Positions 60,701-64,000 of a DNA stretch of 64,000 nt are shown here, piece by piece. The position numbers were made by a program, and so were the translations under genes. Origin of the DNA: Azolla caroliniana (taxonomy: Eukaryota; Plantae; Polypodiophyta); the NCBI GenBank assembly GCA_043228905.1, contig JBHGNT010000022.1, forward strand, positions 2,914,001 to 2,978,000, given 5' to 3'. Every line of letters starts with the position of its first letter. Positions within the stretch are counted from its first letter, which is position 1. The notes beneath the pieces were generated by a model that saw nothing but the letters and a program-made list of their open reading frames with translations, ran no database searches and was not told the origin of the DNA.

Positions 60701-62207
60701 GAGCACGAGCCGGCAAACGGCAAGAATGACGCGACTGCAAGTAGTCCAGCAGCCGGCAAGTCCCACAATTCGGATAGGGGTCCGGTGGGACCGGATGCGA
60801 ATTAACCAAACTATTTTATTATAAAATAATAATATTATTAATAATAATAAAATCGAATAAAATAAAATAAAATCAAAGTAAATCATGCAAGGGCGAGGTG
60901 TGAACAGACACATGCAAGAATAAGGAGTGAACATGCACTTTAAAAAGGTACGTAGTGGGCTATTAATAGGGTATTAAACCGCCGCCACATGGCACGATAT
61001 TCTATTTTAGTACACAACGTGCACACATGTGGGGAAGAAAAAAAGGCGCCAACATGCAGCAAGAAAACTGCCATCGCATGGAGGTCTTCACATTTCGCGA
61101 GCAGGAGGAGACACCGGCACGGCCAATCAAGATCATATTTCACCGACCGGTTCAACAAGAGTCGAACCCCTTGGCAGCAAAAATCAACATTGGGACTCAG
61201 GAGGAGGAAGCGGAGGAGGAACCGTTAGAGCACCTCTAGCGGCGCCAGAAGGCAAGCACCGCAGAACAGGCTGGGGAGCGTTCAGAGCCAAAGAAGGATG
61301 GAACGGCTCTACCCCGCACTGAGCACCCCGCACCAAGGGTGGAACCGGAACCGGTTCGGACAGAACCGGTCACAAAGCTCCATGCACAACAAGCTATACC
61401 GGCGGGTCAGGATACGGCAAGATCCGAAAGTCAAGCGTCGGCAGTACAGTTGCCTCCCGCACCAGCAGGTCAAGAGCAATCAGAGGCGGAGCGGCCAACG
61501 GAGGTGCAACCAGAACCAGAACGGCAAAGTGGTCACCAACTAGAGACAGAGTTGCAGCTCGACGCAACCGGACAAGACCGACCACTGGCTAGCGGAACCA
61601 ACAGCCAACCCTCTGTGCAGATGCAACAACAGGGTACCGGAAGCCAATGGCTCCGGTGGATTGGAGAACATATTGCCAGAGTGGTGCAGTACATAGAGGA
61701 GGAAGAGAAAGCGCAGATGGACCGGTTGCTAGTCACAACCGGAGAACTAGAGACGGCCCGGTCAAGGATACAGAGCCTAGAACAAGACTTGGACCTGGCC
61801 ATAGAAGAATTGGCCGCCTTAACCGGACCACAGATCCAAGCACCGGTGACTCCGGTAGATGTACAGAATAAAGACACACCAGCATTTGTACATAGTAATA
61901 AGACCCCGAAGATGGTGGTGGCGCAAGCAAAAGAGCTTGCCGAATTGAAAGATGAACTGGCCGCACAAGAATCATTACGCACCCGAGAAAGGGACTTGAA
62001 GAAAGCAGCAGAAGAAGAACAAAGAAAGACTGTTGAGAACCTCCGCCGGGCAGAAGACAATCTGTGGAAAGGACATTAGGCATATGACCGGCTTAAGGAG
62101 GAGAAAGAGAAAGTGTTGCAAGAAAAGGATAAGGTGTGACGGATGGCGGAAATGGAGATTGAAAGACTTAAAGAAGAACTCCGTCAACAGAAAGATCGGG
62201 AAGACTG
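54783..62207 (+). mobile_element. Near-complete decayed Athila-like Ty3/gypsy element: 5' LTR 54783-55223, PBS 55231-55240, gag, PR, RT, RH, IN (to 60805), accessory ORF; 3' end lost
   Basis: LTR TGTTA...TAACA with TATA at ~54967; PBS TGGCGACCAC (tRNA-Arg-like); retrotransposon gag 55726-56388; CCHC CYYCRQEGHYNNQC; IIDGGSGVN; YSFLDGF..YNQI; RH followed directly by IN (no second RNase H); multiple frameshifts and stops. Confidence 0.92.
61027..62207 (+). pseudogene. Accessory ORF downstream of integrase (P/Q/E-rich linker plus coiled coil), truncated
   Basis: ORF pieces 61027-61239 and 61339-62079 follow an AT-rich spacer (60810-60890); heptad-rich LETARSRIQSLEQDLDLAIEEL, LAELKDELAAQE. Confidence 0.7.
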
Positions 62208-64000
62208 CAAGGAAGTAAACCCACATGTTTCTACTGAAGTCGTCGACTAGCAACATATAGTAGAGAGATCCACCCATTGCAAGAGTCACCATTTTTCCAG
62301 AGAGATCGATGTGTATTAGTTGTAGAGGAGTCTTTGTCCGATTTTGACTCTCTTTTGGAATAGCTGATCTTTGATGCTTGCCCATCATACAAGCATCACA
62401 AACATGACTTAAGTCAGATAGGGTTGGCAACCCAACTACCATATCCGACTTCTTCATCTCCTTCAACACAACAACATTGAGATGCCCAAATCTCTCATGC
62501 CATTGCTTTGTGTTAGTACTTGTGTTGTGGTCAGTAGAAATGGTAAGTGCGCTCAGCTCATAGAGATTGTTGCACCTTACCCCTATTCCTACAATCTTGT
62601 CAGCAGAATCTGTTATGTCTGCACCCGATTTCTTGAATCGAACATCAAGACCCTTGTCGGTCAGTGCAGAAATGGACAATAGATTCTTCTTGAGATCTGG
62701 CATGTACAACACTTGAGAGAGATGCTTTGTCCCGCTGGTCGTTGCTTTGAGGGAGACGGTTCCGATTCCTTTGGCTGGACATCGAGCATTGTTCCCGACC
62801 ACAACATTGATGGGCTCTTGTAGAGGTGTCCAAGAGCTATACCAGTCACGATTACTGGTCATATGTCGGGACGCTCCATATGTCGACAACTTGGGTGTCA
62901 ACTAAAACACACACTTCTTCAGTTGCGACCCATAACTCAAGCTCATGTACGACGTTGTTGGGGGACTCGGGCTCTCTCCAAGAGGTCTTACTAGAACCAT
63001 TCTTCTCGTCCGTCATCTTCTTTCGACAATCCTTGATTGTGTGACCCTTCTTGTCACAATAGAAACACGATCCATTGAACTTCTTCTTTGGTATCCTATT
63101 CACATTGTTTGAATTGGATGCTCCTGTACCCTTAGTCCTAGAGACAAATGCCGAATCTTCCCTTCCTTCTCTTGTCTTCGGCCGAAGCTCCTCTTCAAGT
63201 AGCATCGCACTTAGTTCATCAAATTTTAAAGGAGTGGGTCGAACCTGAGTGTTCAATGTTGTCACAATGCCATCATACTTGAAAGGAAGTACTCGAATGC
63301 ACCGACGAGCCATATCCTCTTGAGAGACGACTACTCCCAACAGCCGCCAGTTGATCTTGAAGATCCTTAATCCTTTTTACAAAGGATTCTACTTTCTCTC
63401 CATCAACGAGCTTCTCTGCCGCAAGCTGATTTTCAAGGTTTTGTATCCTTGTATAGTTTCTGGTCTCATACTGGTTGGCCAATATGCTCCAAGCTTCATG
63501 TGCCTTGGTTGTATGTTGCACTAATGTTAGTACAGAGTCACATACACCAGTGACTATGGTACACAACGCATCAACATTCCTTCTCTTCCAAGCTCGAAGT
63601 AGATCAGCATTTGGAGGGATTGATGTGGTAGGGTGTGTAGGGTCAAAGGTCGTCATGGGCTCAGGGTCTCCTTCTGTTGGTCCCATGATTGTCTCCAACA
63701 ACTCGTAGGAGTTCAAAATGGCAGACATTTTGAACTTCCATAGAGTGTAGTTGGTTCCATCTAGCTTTCCATCAGACAATGGAGGTGGGCGAATGCGTAG
63801 TGGAGCAGCTGCAACATTCATGGACAAGGCCATTGATACTCTCTCTCTCTCTCTATTTCTCGGTGATGCCAGACATCAACTGCATGTATATACCTAATCT
63901 AGATCAACCTCTCTGCTCTGATACCATGTTAGAAATATTGAGAATCGATTAGATAGGTATATAGAGTTACAACTACAGAGATGGGATATATGAAAACAAA
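62208..64000 (-). mobile_element. 5' part of a Ty1/copia element: 5' LTR from 63927, Met-i PBS, gag, protease, GAG-pre-integrase, start of integrase
   Basis: PBS TGGTATCAGAGC (63915-63926); KLDGTNYTLWKFKM, CFYCDKKGHTIKDC, GASRHMT, WHERFGHLN, CDACMMGKH, PLQLIHIDL, LVDDFSR.MWVYFL; truncated at ~62208. Confidence 0.93.

Noticed and set aside
61533-62083. Minus-strand ORFs of 116-175 aa
   Set aside because: Antisense shadows of the coiled-coil accessory ORF.

Overview
Land-plant nuclear DNA, probably a non-seed plant such as a fern (inferred from gene and retrotransposon style only). The first ~23 kb is a gene island with three intron-containing genes: MTA/SAH nucleosidase (minus strand, 3' end outside the window), RNA polymerase I subunit RPA49 (head-to-head with it), and a RIK/KHDC4-like KH protein. 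hAT-like MITEs sit in the promoters and Mutator-like MITEs and old tandem repeats sit in the introns. From ~25.8 kb to the end is a nested LTR-retrotransposon cluster of three groups: Ty1/copia (Met-i PBS), Athila-like non-chromovirus Ty3/gypsy (Arg-type PBS, extra ORF after integrase), and an unusual Ty3/gypsy lineage. That lineage has an 18-nt tRNA-Trp-type PBS, 4-bp target duplications centred on CpG, a DHG protease motif, protease in the Gag frame, and a -1 frameshift signal (G_GAU_UUU plus a predicted H-type pseudoknot) into RT-RH. Its youngest copy (43681-49651) lacks integrase. The Athila-like fragments at 35.8-54.8 kb form a nested inverted-repeat structure whose arms share decay mutations, which points to DNA-level inverted duplication. 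All calls were made by eye; no database searches or folding programs were run.
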